From: the human T2T-CHM13v2.0 reference genome, Homo sapiens
Assembly (NCBI RefSeq): GCF_009914755.1
Contig: NC_060942.1
DNA length: 64,000 nt
Strand: one strand, 5' to 3'
The notes under the pieces were generated by a model. It ran no database searches. It was not told the origin of the DNA and saw nothing but the letters and a program-made list of their open reading frames with translations. Positions 1 to 17,000 of this stretch are shown here, piece by piece. How positions within the stretch are numbered: position 1 is the first letter of the stretch; every line of letters begins with the position of its first letter. Made by a program: the position numbers and the translations under genes.

Positions 1-173
1 TTTCACTCCTTTTTGAATAACTAAAAGCAAATTCAGTATTCTGGTGGGAACCATTTATTATGGAAATTCTAATATAAATTATGTATCAAATGCTAACTAG
101 AAATTGCAAAATTTTGCTGGAAGTATTTGAAAAGTTCAAATTATTTTCCACTATTCATATCATAGCATCATAA

Positions 174-567
<394 letters not shown>

Positions 568-2401
568 ACAATTTCTTTTTAGAAATGAGACAAAATTGTA
601 TTTTTATGGCATTGTGATGTTGGACAATCTCAGCAGTTCGGTATTTCATTTGACCCTCTACTCAGGGCAACACCTGAACTACTTGAAATAGAAGAATATT
701 GATTCCATGTTAAAATCTTTTGAAAAAGGTATTTTAAAGACCTTCATTAATAACTCACCTCAAGACTTAGCATTTCTCTTTTTTCTGTTTAATTTACATC
801 TGCAAATTGAAGACAAAATTCATACCTCTATTGGGCAGGGAACAGAGAAGTAATTGACCATTTGTTGCATAACAGCCCATTGGGGAAAACCAGTAAAGAC
901 CAACTCATTCATTCATTCAGTCTTCAATCAATATATATTTATAGATTGCCATCTATGTGCTATGCACATGCTGGATTGTACAGATGCTCTTACGAGTCCT
1001 TATGCTTAATGAGTTTTATAGACTAGCAGGTGGAGACAACAAGCAATGAAATAAAAAAGAATTTTGAAAATGAACTCTTTCTGTCTGTGTTTTGATCAAG
1101 ACATTGACATAATGGACATGGGAAACCAAAGTCAATGTGAAATAAGTTCCCTGTGACACAGGATTTATAAGGTAATGAATGCACTAGGACTAGTGCATTA
1201 AAGTTTGGACCCCTCATCCAGATGAAGGTTGTACAAGCTTGCAGAGCAGAAAGAAGGATTTGAGGAAGATTTTCTTGGAGGAAATGATGTTTAGAAGCCT
1301 CTAATTTTCTATCTGAAGGGGTAGGGTGGGAGGAGAGCACCACATTCTTTCCCTCAATCCTTTAATAGGTTCACTTGGAGAGCTCTGTGTGTTTTAGGAA
1401 TGGGGGGAAGCTTGCACTGGGGTCTCACTCTTCCTTTGGAAATCCAGAAGGTGACAGAAAGGATGATACACTGCTTTGATGCTGCACAGGGATCAGCCTG
1501 CGTGCCTAGAGTTTATCAGAAGACATGTGAGTGTTTTTCATGGAAGAAAGGGCCAAACTGGAACCATCCTAATTCCTGCTGTGGAGCAAAGGGAGAGGGC
1601 TGATGGTAGGACTTAAAGATCAATGCATCCCCTCCCCTTCTCATCTTGAGAATTGCAGGTAAAGAGAGTCCCTAAGGATGAGAATTCCAAAAAATTGAAA
1701 ACAGAACACCAACTCATGAGGGTAAGAGTTCAGCTCTAATAAGTTGCTTGACCCAGATAGCTCAAAGCCACCTAACCACTATTTTTATTTGCTAAATCGG
1801 TCAACTGTTTGCTTCCTTCCCTTCTTGTCCATAGCTGAATGAGCTGCTGTCCAGCGTGAAAGAGTAGGGAGAGAGCAGAAGCTGGTCACACCCCTCTCTG
1901 GCAGCAGGCAGCTGCCAAATGTAGGCCTAAGCAAGAGAGAGAGGAAGAATTAACTTTGAAGGAATATTGAGGAGTTGCTTAATATTTTGGGGAGAACACA
2001 TTCCAGTTAGTGAATCAAGTTTTGTGAATTAATGTGATCATAGGACTCTCTTTTTCATGTAAGCAGAAAATTGTGGGGATCCACCAACTTTCCTTACAGA
2101 GATGGAGGAGATTATCATCACTGAACAAAAGTTTACAGGGACACAAATAGACAAATATAAATCTGTGTTTTTGTCCCAGCCACATCCACATCCACATATT
2201 TGTGGGAGGAACACAAGGTTTTAACAGGGGGCATGTTGCAGAGGCATTTTTCCTAGATTCGGGGGTTTCTCAGAGGAAGTAACATTATTCCAAGAGCAGA
2301 AGCGATGAGAGGATTTCTGTGCAAGGTTGGCAAGTTAAACACTTTCACTCCCTCCCAAGGTCTCCACAAAACAACTATATGGTGATTTTTTAAAAAGTCT
2401 T

Positions 2402-2725
<324 letters not shown>

Positions 2726-3399
2726 CTAAAGGATAAGAACAACAAAAAAGGAGGCAATAGCTGCAAAGTTTTGTAACCTGGAAAGTAGGTGGGTGAGTAG
2801 TGAAGGACCAGAGAGAATGGAAGTCTAAGCTAAAGTAGAGAAAGATGAAATCCAACACACTTTACTCCTCAGGATTGACAGCTCAGAAATAAGTAGCACG
2901 TGGCACTTCCAAACGTGGGCTACTTAGAAGGACTAACATGAGGAGGATTGACGGAAAGCTCTTGAAGTACTCAGATTCCCAGATCACCTTGCCAGCTTCA
3001 TAAAGCCATGCAAAAGATCTTCCCAACCCTGGCAGGAGAAGGTGGATTTATTTTTTCTAGAGACAGTGGACTCAGTTAAAGATGGAGATACCATAAAAAA
3101 ATTAGGAGATAAAATGCACGTATACAAAACTGGATGTTGAGAGCATCTCCTAGCCTCCTTCCCACATTCAGCTTCCAGAGGTCCAGCAGCCAGGTCTTCA
3201 CCTTCCATGCAGGGGGCAGTAGAGCTTTCTCTGAGGAATCTGACCAGCCCACGAACAAAGACCTGCAAATATTGACATCAAGGCTTCCCCACTTTGATGG
3301 CTGGGGAAACTGCCCAATCAATTACCCTAAAGTTCACAGTTCATAAGTTCTACACACACTTACGCTTGAAGGATTTGGTCCCCCCACAACGCCACTTAA

Positions 3400-3790
3400 A
3401 CGTGAGCAGACAGCCAAGGATAATCAGATGTCTGAGTAAAGCGTCTAACAGAGTGCAGGAAGCCCAATATCGGAATAACAGGAGCTGAAGAAGAGAGGTA
3501 GATAAAATGCAAAGTAGGATGTAAGGATCAATTCAAGTAAATATCTCAGAATTAAAGGATTTGAGTTCTATATTGACAAGCTCACTGAATGCCTAGCAAA
3601 ATAAATGAATAAAAATAGACCCAAGACATATCATTATTAAATTTCAATGCACTAGAGAGAGAGAGAGAGAGAGGATCCAGGATTAGAAAGATAAATGGCA
3701 TCAGATTTCTCATCAACTAGAAGCCAGAGGCCTTCACAATTTCCATACTCAGCAAAACTACAAATCAATTTTCAGGATAAACAAAGAAGG
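3400..3790 (+). mobile_element. Ancient L1 (L1M) 5'/ORF1-like fragment
   Basis: Degenerate similarity to old L1 ORF1 region; boundaries approximate. Confidence 0.4.
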
Positions 3791-4441
3791 AGGAAAGTAG
3801 AGAACATGAGAAACACTTGAGAGGGGTAAAAGGAATCCCCAAGATGATGGTGACGGGAGATTCTAGGATGACAGACAGTTACCAGGTGAGAAGCTCCAAC
3901 AGTCCAGGTTGGAGCAGGAAGGCTGTCAGAGAGGTTTCTTTAGGAAGGTGAAACTGATAGAATGCTTGCTATGTCCAAACACTTAAAGAGGAAATGTAGA
4001 CAACTGATGAAGGAGTTGCAGGTTGAACTGATAAATACGTAAAAAATTAAGAAAACAAAAATTAATATTATTATTAACTTTAGGAAAAAGAAAAATTCAT
4101 GCAAGAAAAGCAAAGAAACCAGGTTAACTCCATGGCTCAGTGTGTATGTATATATTTGCGTGTCGGAAACAAGGGAGAGAATCACAATAAATCTTCTTCT
4201 TTAATAGTGTCAAGTCAATAGATAAATGTCTAAAACCCAGAGCTAACAAAATCAGCAAGTGGCAGCACAAATCTATTATTTAGAAACATAGAGGTAATTA
4301 CCAAAATATATAGTTAGAATAGGTGAAAGTGATTGCCTTTAGGGGAGAGGGGAAAAATGAGTGGAAAGAGTAGGGCATTATCAGTAGGGCAAACTTTTGT
4401 AGAGCTGTTAAAATATATTCTGTATAAAAGAACTACATTTT

Positions 4442-4704
4442 TTTCTTTTTTTTTTATTATACTTTAAGTTCTGGGGCACATGTGCAGAACGTGCAGTTTT
4501 GTTACATAGGTATACACGTGCCATGATGGTTTGCTGCACCCATTAACCCATCATCTACATTAGGTATTTCTCCTAATGCTATCCCTCCCTTAGCCCCTCA
4601 CCCCCCGACAGGCCCCAGTGTGTGACGTTCCCCTTCCTTTGTCCATGTATTCTCATTGTTCAACTCCCACTTATGAGTGAGAACAGGCAGTGTTTGGTTT
4701 TCTG
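4442..4704 (-). mobile_element. 5'-truncated L1PA 3' end
   Basis: L1 3'UTR consensus; TSD aagaactacatttt at 4428-4441 and 4705-4718. Confidence 0.9.
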
Positions 4705-5083
4705 AAGAACTACATTTTTAAAAGGTGAGAAAGTTCAGGTGATGGCATTGTGGTGATTGGGTTAAAGTCCTTGGGGTCGGGGGTGGGGAAGAGAGAGAGA
4801 GAGAGAGAAAGAGAGAATGGCTCATATGAAGAATCAAAAGAAGTTCAATATAAGTGTGATGGGCAGAGGAGTGGTAGGGATGATGAAAAGGGCAGAAATG
4901 AGATATGAAGCTAGAGGATTAGTAGGGGCTAGATCATGAATGGGCTTTAATTTTATTCTAAGGACAACGAAAATCCAAAGAAGAACACTTTCACATTGAA
5001 GAACACTTTGACATTTAAGGAAGAGGAAGCTCTAACAAAAGTAGCTTAAACAATAAAGGATCTCATTTTACTATGTTTTATCA

Positions 5084-5398
<315 letters not shown>

Positions 5399-5402
5399 AA
5401 TA

Positions 5403-5767
<365 letters not shown>

Positions 5768-5894
5768 TCAGGATCATTTCTTTTTTCTACCCTGCTCTTC
5801 TCAGGTGCCAAGTATGTCCCTCAGAATAGCTGCAAAAGCCAGATGTTGCTTTTATTACACAACAGCATCCAAAGGGTAGAAATATCCATATGTT

Positions 5895-6450
5895 TCTGTA
5901 TCAGTTATTTATTACTACATTGAAACCTACCACAACAAAATTTAATGTCCAGAAACAACCACCATTTTACTTGCTCATGATTCTGGGACTCAGCAGAGTG
6001 GGTTGGGTTCAGCTGGGCTGTTCTTCTGTTGCTCTTGCTTAGACTCTCATTCACCTGCAGTCCGTCAGTTGGTGGCTCAGCTGGGGTGGTGTTGTTCTAA
6101 GATAGCCTTACTTATAGGTCTGGGGCCTCAGCTGCATGGTTGGGGCAACTGGCTTCCCTGCTTCATGTGGTCTCATCCCTCAGTTGACTAGGCTTGGCTT
6201 CTTCACATGGCAATCTCAAAGCAGTGTTCCAAGGTAATGAGAGCTCAAGCTACAAGGTTTCTTGAGGCCTAGACTCAAAATCACACAATACCCAATTGGC
6301 TCCATTCTGTTGGTTAAAGCCAGTGGCCAGCTCAAATTCGAGGAATTAGGAATAGATTTTACCACATGATGGGAAAAACAGCAAAGTCATATTTCAAAGG
6401 TACACACACATAAGAATGGTATACATTATTATGGCCATCTTTGCAAATAA
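5895..6450 (-). mobile_element. MLT1-family MaLR LTR
   Basis: Resembles MLT1 reverse strand (cttgctcatgattctg...agctgggctgttcttc). Confidence 0.6.
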
Positions 6451-6804
6451 ACCTATCGGAGCCCCTTTTTAAGTAAGAAATATTGTCTCAAATCACAGTC
6501 AATGAGTTATTCTCAAGCCCTTTTCTAAATCAGTCACTGGGGAGGACAATAAAGTTATTCTCATTGAGTAAGCTTAATAAGGATTGATTGACTCCCTGGG
6601 ACTGAGAACACATCTTTCTCTGAAGCAAAATGATTTTTGTTGCAAACAAGTATGTGTGTGGGATCTGGGTAGAGAAATAAATAGTATCTCCCAGGTTTTA
6701 CTAAAGGAAGGTTATTTCATTTTTAAGATATAACCTTGATTGCAGTGTGAAGATGAATTGGCGTGAAGCAAAATTGAAGGCACGTAGATCAGTTGCAGGG
6801 TTTC

Positions 6805-7178
6805 TGTTATGGTTTGGCTGTGTCCCCACCCAAATCTCGTCTGGAATTGTAGTTCTCATAATCCCCACATGTCGTGGGAAGGACCTAGTGGGAGGCAATT
6901 GAATCATGGGGGCAGTTACTCTCATGCTGCTGTTCTCGTGATAGTGAGTGTGTTCTCATGAGATCTGATGGTTTTGTAAGGGGCTGTTCCCTCATTCCTT
7001 GGCACTTTTCCTTCCTGCCGTAATGTGAAGAAGGATGTGTTTGCTTCCTCTTCTGCCATGATTTTAAGTTTCCTGAGGCCTCCCCAGCCGCGGAACTGTG
7101 AGTCAATTAAACCTCTTCCTTTCTGAATTACCCAGTCTCAGGCAGTTCTTTATAGCAGCATGAGAATGGACTAATACA
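6805..7178 (+). mobile_element. THE1-family solo LTR nested in MER20
   Basis: tgttatggtttggctgtgtccccacccaaatctc...ctaataca; 5-bp TSD gtttc/gcttc. Confidence 0.88.
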
Positions 7179-7385
7179 GCTTCTGAACCTCAGCACTATT
7201 CACATATTAGGCCAGATAATTCTTTGTTGGGAGTGGGGGACTGCTCTATGTATTATAGAACGTCTGGAAGCATTGCTGGCATCTAGATGCCAGAAACTCA
7301 CTCTGAATTGAAACAACCAAAATTGTCTCCAGACATTTTGGATATTTCCTTGTGGGCAAGGTCACCCTTTCTTGATAACCACTGA
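7179..7385 (+). mobile_element. MER20 (hAT) remainder; first bases at ~6796-6804
   Basis: aacctcagcactatt...gtctccagacatt...aaccactg. Confidence 0.75.
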
Positions 7386-9551
7386 GGCTGGAGGCTAATG
7401 CAGTTATCTATTGCAATGGTCTGAACCAAGGTAGAGGAAATAGGCATGGAGGCAAAAATAATTTAAGAGGTCTTTGATTTGGCAAATGATAGAATTGAAG
7501 AGAATTGGAGACTTCGTATACAATTTTTAATTTTAAGTTCGTCTGAAAAATCAGATCAGGCTACACTGGACCCAAGAACTCAGGTGGCAAAAATCTGCAG
7601 AGTTGAGTTTGCCCCAGTTTGTCCCAGTCTCTCCAAGGCCTTCTTGATTCTTTCCATTGCTTGCCTACCTACCCCTGCAAGAATTTGAGCTTAAGACCCC
7701 TGCCTTTGTTGAAGCTTTCTGGCTTTGAAATAGATACAAACATGAGAAGCATTACTATCTAAAAGGCCCCACATTATATCCTGTGTTCCCTCTGGCACGT
7801 ATATTTAAATCGGACCTCTTAGGTCTCTTTTAATATATCATTCATTTTTTTTACATTCTGGTTCTAAAAGTATTACATGTCTGTTGTGGAAAACATAGAA
7901 AATACAACATGTATATTATCCCCAAATCCTATAGTCCTCTTGGATTTTGTTTTAGCTTTCCATATATCTTGGAAGTGGTGATTAGGACTCACAGGCCACC
8001 ACCAGGAAGGAGCCAATCCTCTCTGTCTCCACTTGGGTAAACTTTATCGCATTTCTTAACCCAGATCCCAGGATGTTTCAGGACTAGAGCAGAGAGTTTT
8101 TTCCCAAACATCCATGGAAGAAAATTAAACAAGCTGTATTTTCCTCTTTGCTTTTGTGCATTTTAAGTCCATCATTCTGGGGGTTGCTAAGAATGTTTTT
8201 GAAACAATCAAAAGTTCAGGCAATTAAGTGGTTTTTTACATTGCCCCTCATGTCTCTTAGTGTTTCAAGAAAACATTTTCCATTCATGTTAGTTATCTCA
8301 AATTATTTTAAAAAATGAGCCTTAAGTGTACGATTTGTAAGTATGTGACAAAGTTCTTTTAAAACTGCTTGAATAATAGAAAAAACATGACATGCCTCTT
8401 GGAGAGCACAATGGACCATAATAATGTGAGGGAGAACAGATAAGAATGGATGTAATGGTTAGAATTAAATGATGTCTGACAATTACTTTCAATTTGAACT
8501 GAGGTGAAGAAAATCAGAATTACAATACTCTTGTGATTAAACTTTGATGAGATGAAAATGTCATTGTTTGATGAGAATTTTTTATTAGAGTTCAAAGAAT
8601 ATGAATGATTTAACCACAACATACTAACACCACAGGGCTGAATAATCTATATCTGAATTTCTCAAGTCTTCCTTACTGCAGGTCACTGGAGAAATCTCAG
8701 CTGCTCTCATTCCTCAGTTCTGTGACTGTTTCCATAATATCGGGTTTTGGAACAACAAGATAAAACTCAAGTCCTTTGTGATAAGTTTTGACATTGAAAT
8801 CTTGGAGTAGCTTAATATGGTGAAACTTTTCCAGGAGCCAAGTACTAAAATTTAGACTCATTTTTTTAAAGAAATAAATTTTAGAGACTAGATGAGAGAA
8901 ATGGAAAAATCCTGCTTTTATTCTGCATTCATTGATGAAATCAAGTGAGTCTTTTCATTTCATAAGAAGAATCTGTTTCCCTTTAAAGTGACGTTTTGGC
9001 AATTAAAATTGAGGTATGGGCTTGAGTTTGTTAAAGACAATGCATAGCCCGGTTCTCTTTGGGGCACTAATTACAATATAGGATGACAGGTACATGCTGA
9101 CTTAGCACAGGGACTTTTTTCCGTACAGGGGCAACGGCTGTCTTAGTGATTCCTGCAGTCAATCGAGGGCAGAAGAGCTGGGAGCCCTTTTCCACCTACT
9201 TTGCTGCTACTGTGGGATGAGTGCTGTCCTTCCCTCCCTCTTCTCTTTTCCTCTCTTTCCTTTTTGGGGGCCCCAAATTTAAAAAATAGTTTTCCACAGT
9301 CATTGGTAGTACATTTTTTCCCACATTTTTAAAGATATTTTTTCTTCCAAGAGTCTGAAGTCAAAATGTTTGGGGACTTAGGGTACAATCCGGTAGTTTG
9401 GAAACAGGAAGGTGATAGTTATGATCAGTCCTATTTTTATAAATGCAAATCTTGGTCCTCTTATTGAAAGAAAGAGAAAGTACTGAAAATAGTCATTCTA
9501 TCCAATCATTCCCCGAAGCTGTTGGCAGTGTAACAATGTTACAGTTTGGCC

Positions 9552-9554
<3 letters not shown>

Positions 9555-9598
<44 letters not shown>
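9555..9598. repeat. (CA)n microsatellite, ~22 units
   Basis: Directly seen. Confidence 0.97.
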
Positions 9599-9599
<1 letters not shown>

Positions 9600-9916
9600 A
9601 CTTTTATTTTGTTTTATTTTTAAAAAGCCCATCTTTCAACTCTATAGGCTGATTTAGGGTAAGTGATCAAACACTAGCTCAAGTGATTGCTGAACACCAT
9701 CTTACTGATTTTCTTATTCACATTTTATAAAATAAAATCAATAAATATTTAATAAATAAATTTAACTTATTAAAATTTGTGATAGATCTTTGAACAAAAT
9801 AGGCACTCAAGCACATATAAATTGGGTGATTAATAGGTAAATAAGGATTAAAATACATATTGACAATTGAAATTGAGATGAGAGCTTAAGTCTCAATGAA
9901 AGGCAGAGAGAAATGA

Positions 9917-10940
<1,024 letters not shown>

Positions 10941-11284
10941 GACTAACAAGGAAATTTGAGCCAAAAAGTGGAAGGTATATTGTATAAGAGGTTTCTGTCA
11001 CCCCCCCTGCTCATTAAATAAAGAGTTTAATTGGCCATTCAAAGTCCCTTTCAAAAATACTTTGTAAGTTTAGCCGATTTATCTTCATGGCATTTGCACT
11101 TGAGTGTTTAAATCTTCCTTCAGAGGTGGTCAAAATGATTATTATAGATTAAGTCGGGAACTACTGAAGAGTTCCAATGCACTGCAATCTCTGTTGGATA
11201 TGAAAAAGTCAAAGGCTTGGAAAAAGCAGATAATGAAAGCTGGAACTAGTGGAACCCCAAAGCACCACAGGTAAGAGACAACAC

Positions 11285-11935
<651 letters not shown>

Positions 11936-12704
11936 TATTGAAATGTGGAAGATCTTCTCACTAACTTTGCAGTTATCCTCAACTGTCTTTTCTAAACTAA
12001 ATGAAAAACGTTTCAAATAGTGGGATTTATAACATTTTCCTAAGGATAAAACAACCAAAAATTTCCTAAATTATCCAAAGTATCCTAAATTAAACCCATT
12101 GTAGCAGTTAACGCTATTCTATTATTTGAGACCTTTTGTAAGGTCTGCAATACTTAGTCTAGCCCTGTAGTACTTACTTTATTGCCCTTTGGTGGCGTTG
12201 ACATGAGGTGTTCCCATAGTATAGCTAGAACATGTTTTTATTTTTTGCCATTTAAAGGAAACATGGCTAATGGGAAATGAAGCTGATAGATGAATGGGAG
12301 AACTTTGTGTGATTCAGGGGAACTGTGTGGTGATTGGGATTAATTGGGATCCGTATTCCAGTTTTTGCTTTACTTTTAAATGTAATTTTGGGTAATTTAC
12401 TTAATTTCCTTGACACTTGATTTCCTCATTTTTGGAAATGGGAATGATAATATTGCTTGCCCCACAATGAGCTTTGAATATTAATTAATTGAGAATAATA
12501 TTTATAAATTCAAAATTCCCATATATATGCTCACAATTGATAATTATTCTAATGCATTCATTTCTCCTCTTCCCTTGATACCCTTGGCTGATGCTTTCAT
12601 AATTCTATAACTCTTCTGTGAAAAGCAGTCCTTGAAAAGATAGAAGGAATACAGGCTATGATTTTCATTTGCTCATAGATTAGTATCTCCAGATTAGAGT
12701 GTTT

Positions 12705-12812
12705 CTGTCATCCACCCATCCATCCATCCATCATTTATCATCCATCTATCCACCTATCCATGATCCATCCATCCATCCCTCCATCATCCATCCATCCATC
12801 CATGCATCCATC
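12705..12812. repeat. (CCAT)n degenerate microsatellite at the tail of an L2-like relic
   Basis: Directly seen; followed by tttattgagcat. Confidence 0.85.
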
Positions 12813-14099
12813 TTGCATTTATTGAGCATCAGCCATGTGGTATGTCAAAAGGTTACAAACATCATAATAATTTCCCAGAGATTTCTGAACATGTGGAAAT
12901 TGAAGAACTCAACTCAGCTTTTTAGAGTTCTTAATGTTGCCTTAAACCCAGAGATTGAAGAAGTGGAAAAATGAAAAAATAGTAAGAATTAATTCAGGTG
13001 ACATTGTTTTGGACATTTTCCAAATGGGATAATTATCCAAAAGCAAGCCGATATTTATATCTGTGGGTTTCTATGCTTGTTAAAATACTTTCTTTTTGCT
13101 GAAGTACTCATTGAGCTAAATTTCATCTAACATCTGGCTATTGTATAAATATAGCAATGAAAACATGTCTAGTTGCCTACACATTAGGCATAAATTTTAG
13201 AAATCCAATTAGTGTTTTATTCTTTGTGTGCATTTCCCTTTTTCTTTAGTGTTGAGCTAATTTTGGGCTTCTACCTGAAACTATAAGAATTCAAATATTT
13301 AGCACACATCTATGCAGCAAAATCCAACTAGATTGAACATTTCCTAATGATTGTAAGATATTAATTAATTTCTTTCTTTATCCATGCAACAAGCAGTTAT
13401 TGAGTGAAAAGTCAAGCCTCGTCTCAGTGTCAACGGCTGGAGGTGGGAGTGGGAAGATACAGAATACATAAGACACAATAAGGAGTTTAGAATCTAGTGG
13501 AGGAGATAGACACCTACACCAATGATTTCACTACAGTGTGACCAATGCTATAAGTGTGGTACTTATCCACCTGGCTCCTAAGGCATCACTCACCACTCAT
13601 CTGATGGGTTGCACACTACATATATAATTGTCCTTAGTCTTCCACTGAGAGTGTATAACCTCTCAAAATTGAGAAGCCCCTCAAACCAAGAACCCAGGGA
13701 GTTAAACCAGTACTCATTGAGCCTACATTATCCATCTGGGTAGGCGGAATCTGCCAAATGGCCTGAGGATGGATCATTTATTTAGCAATACCAGTCGCAG
13801 TTGTTTGTGTCTTCACTTTTAGATTCACCATAATGATAGCTGATAACCAATGGTTTATTTTGCATAGATGCGGACATTTTGAATTAAGCCTGTACAAACA
13901 CAATTTTCACTATCTCTATCAGGGCATCCCATGGTGTATACTCTGCAGGCTTTCAAAAAATGCATTTGATTTCATGGGCTTACCACCATTTCCTTTGGTG
14001 TTGATTATACTCAAATATCTAAACCTGCTGATCATTCTAAAGGATGAACTTAAGATCTAACTACAAATGAATTTTTAACTTCATCAAACATAATGTTTA

Positions 14100-17000
14100 C
14101 CTTTTAAAACATCCAAATGTTTATTTTCACAAGCTTAGTAGTACAAGATGCAACATAATTCAAGAAAATCAACCACAGTGCTAATACTTTAATATATTAT
14201 TCCAAATATTAGACGTTACAGTTTAAATCTTTTTAACATTAGCTCTAATGTTGGAATAACATTTAAGTTAATAAATAACTGTGAATATAACCATATGTTC
14301 AGTCTATTCTCCCCAGTTTATCCTAAATGACAATTTTATTGTGATTTGGGTCATAAAAGTGATAAATAATTGTTTATATGTTTTCATAAATTGCATGTTT
14401 ATTTAATTAATCCTGAAGAGAACCTAGAAATACATTCCAATGGGTTACATAAATTAGACGTATTTTTTAGCTCTTCGATTTTTTTTAAACATGAGTGAGT
14501 CACACTGTAACTGCTCTTAAATTTAGTGTTCATTGCACATAACATTTTTTGAAATGTATTTTCACAGGCTATAGGTAGTCATTTGCAAAGATGGCCACAA
14601 TTTTTGATCCTTGAATTAAATGTCTTTCATTTATTTCAGAGAATTATGAGTTTCAAAAGCTACTGCTCTTATGGGGCAATCTGTAGAGTACTAAACTCAC
14701 AAAATTTGTGGTAACAAAAGAGAGTTTTGTTACATTACACTTTCCAAATAGTAACCACATCTTCCTACTAATTTTCATGTTAAAAACACTTTAGGAAAGA
14801 CAGAATTACTTTTAGGTATAAAATGTTCTGAATTTGCAAATTCTATAGTGCTTATGAGAATTTATATTGGCTTTTATATTGTTTGATAAGGTTGTCTGTG
14901 CCCCCCAGACTTCCATCTTCAGTTGCCACAAAGGCAAATTCTCTGTGAATTGTTCGTAACGTGAGGTTGGTGTCAACATGCTGCAATCAGAGGCCTTCTA
15001 GGATTCATCTTACCATTTGAATTTACTGCTCTAGTTTGGAATTTTCCTGTCATTATCGAGTTTAAACCAATACATGTGTTGTCTGGTTTCATGGTCTGAG
15101 AACAGTATTCTGTGCTCTTTGGAATCAGATCTCTGATAAATCATATAGCTCAATTTCATCACATATGTTTTCCAAAGATTTCTAATCTCCTTGTAAAGTC
15201 TTCAATACTGAGCAGCAGCTCTAGCTAGCACCTATGAGCTGCATTAGGAAAAGGCTCAGATAATAAAAAGATAGTATAAGGGTTTAGGAAAAGCATCAAT
15301 GGCAGAAATAAAGTGTAGGAATCTTAAATTTAGGCAACTACTTAAGTCCAGAAAATATTTCCTTCCAGTACAAAAGGTTAAGGCTCTTTGAAGAAAATGT
15401 TATCTTCAACAATGGAAACATACATTGAAATTCTGGTCCCCAAGTTTTTAAGAAAGCCTGAAAGCTTAAAATAAGACTCTTTCCCTTTTGTACACTTTTG
15501 ACAAACTATGTGCGTTTTCAGTGTAGGGACCACCTTTCAATTTTAGGGTACTTGTACTCTTCCTTAGGGAAGAGACAGTTGGCATTGTTTCATGGCTGGG
15601 TATAATTCATTTATGTCTTCCCAGTTTTTCCTCTCTGATCTCTTCTCTGTGTATCTGTCAGCAGTGGTCTCCTGGGAGCAGCACTATGCACTTCATTAAT
15701 AAGAAGGGATTAAAGAAAAAAGCCCCAGTCTCCTAATACACTTGGATAATTTGGTGCCATCCACAAGGCGATAGACCCCTGCTGCATAGATGTCATTAGA
15801 AAGGTACAATTTCATTACTTTTTACTGGCAGAGCCTTGAGTGAAATACAAAATATGTTGTCTCATATGTAGGGGCAAAAAAGTGCTAAAGCTTTCATTCA
15901 TTTCATGCCCCTAAAAATAGTAGAATGCAAAAAATGTATTTTATGGTTTTCACATGTATATTGCCTTCCTTTAGTAGTCCTTGAAATCATACTTCCTATT
16001 AAATATTGAGCAAAATAAAGATTAAAAGAAAATTATTTATATTCTTAAATCTCAAATGAGATTTATATATTTTTATTAATTAACACACTTGTTTTGAATA
16101 CATACTATGTGCCAGGCTCTCTGCTAGCTACTAGAAAACAAATTACAAAAACACCATTCACTTTTCTTTAACCGTAACTTATTGAATGCTATAATTGGAA
16201 GTGAGTGTAAAAGTGAGTGTATATGAAATAAACCATATGGCAGAATAAAAATGATTATAAGCCAGTATATTGTAAGTGTATTCAAAAAATCTGCTTAACA
16301 CTTCCTTGTTAACCGAACTTATTTTTAAACTGACATGTTTGCTGACGGTTGATATTACCTTTTGAACTGAACCACCCTGATTTTAAGCCTCTAAGTGGTA
16401 TATTGTGCAAACATTTGAAATGACGGTGCAAACCATCTTTGGGAGATTTGTACCCTAGTTTCTATAGGTGCCGTCCCAGCCAGGAAGTAACTATGTGTCA
16501 CTGGCGCAGTGTGTGGTGTGGCCACGCCCCCTGAGAAAGGGGCCTGGGATTTAGGCACCTGCGGTATGCCAGTGGCACTCCCAGGCATAACACTGGTGTG
16601 ACGACTCTCTGGGAATCTCACACATCACTCTTTCCTAGCACCGAAGAGAATCAGGTTTAATAGTGGTCCATTATCTCACTGCCACAGACACACAACTGCC
16701 ATTAACGCTAAAAAGTGACACAGAGTTGGAACCATGCTTGAGAGAAGACAGCCCTTGATCATCAGTTATTTACAAGTCACTCCTTGCAGTGATAGGTTTC
16801 TGCTTTACTTCTAATAGCTTTTGTTTAGTGAAATTGACATTTGCACTTCTTTGTCTAAGTTAACGGCTAGACTAGACAGTTAAGATGACAGAAACTGGGG
16901 TTTCTGGAGAACATTCTAGTGACAAAAGGCAAAGCAGGACAGAAAAACCAATTATTTTGACAAGTAAGTGAGTCAGTAACAAAAATAGTTTAAAAATGTG

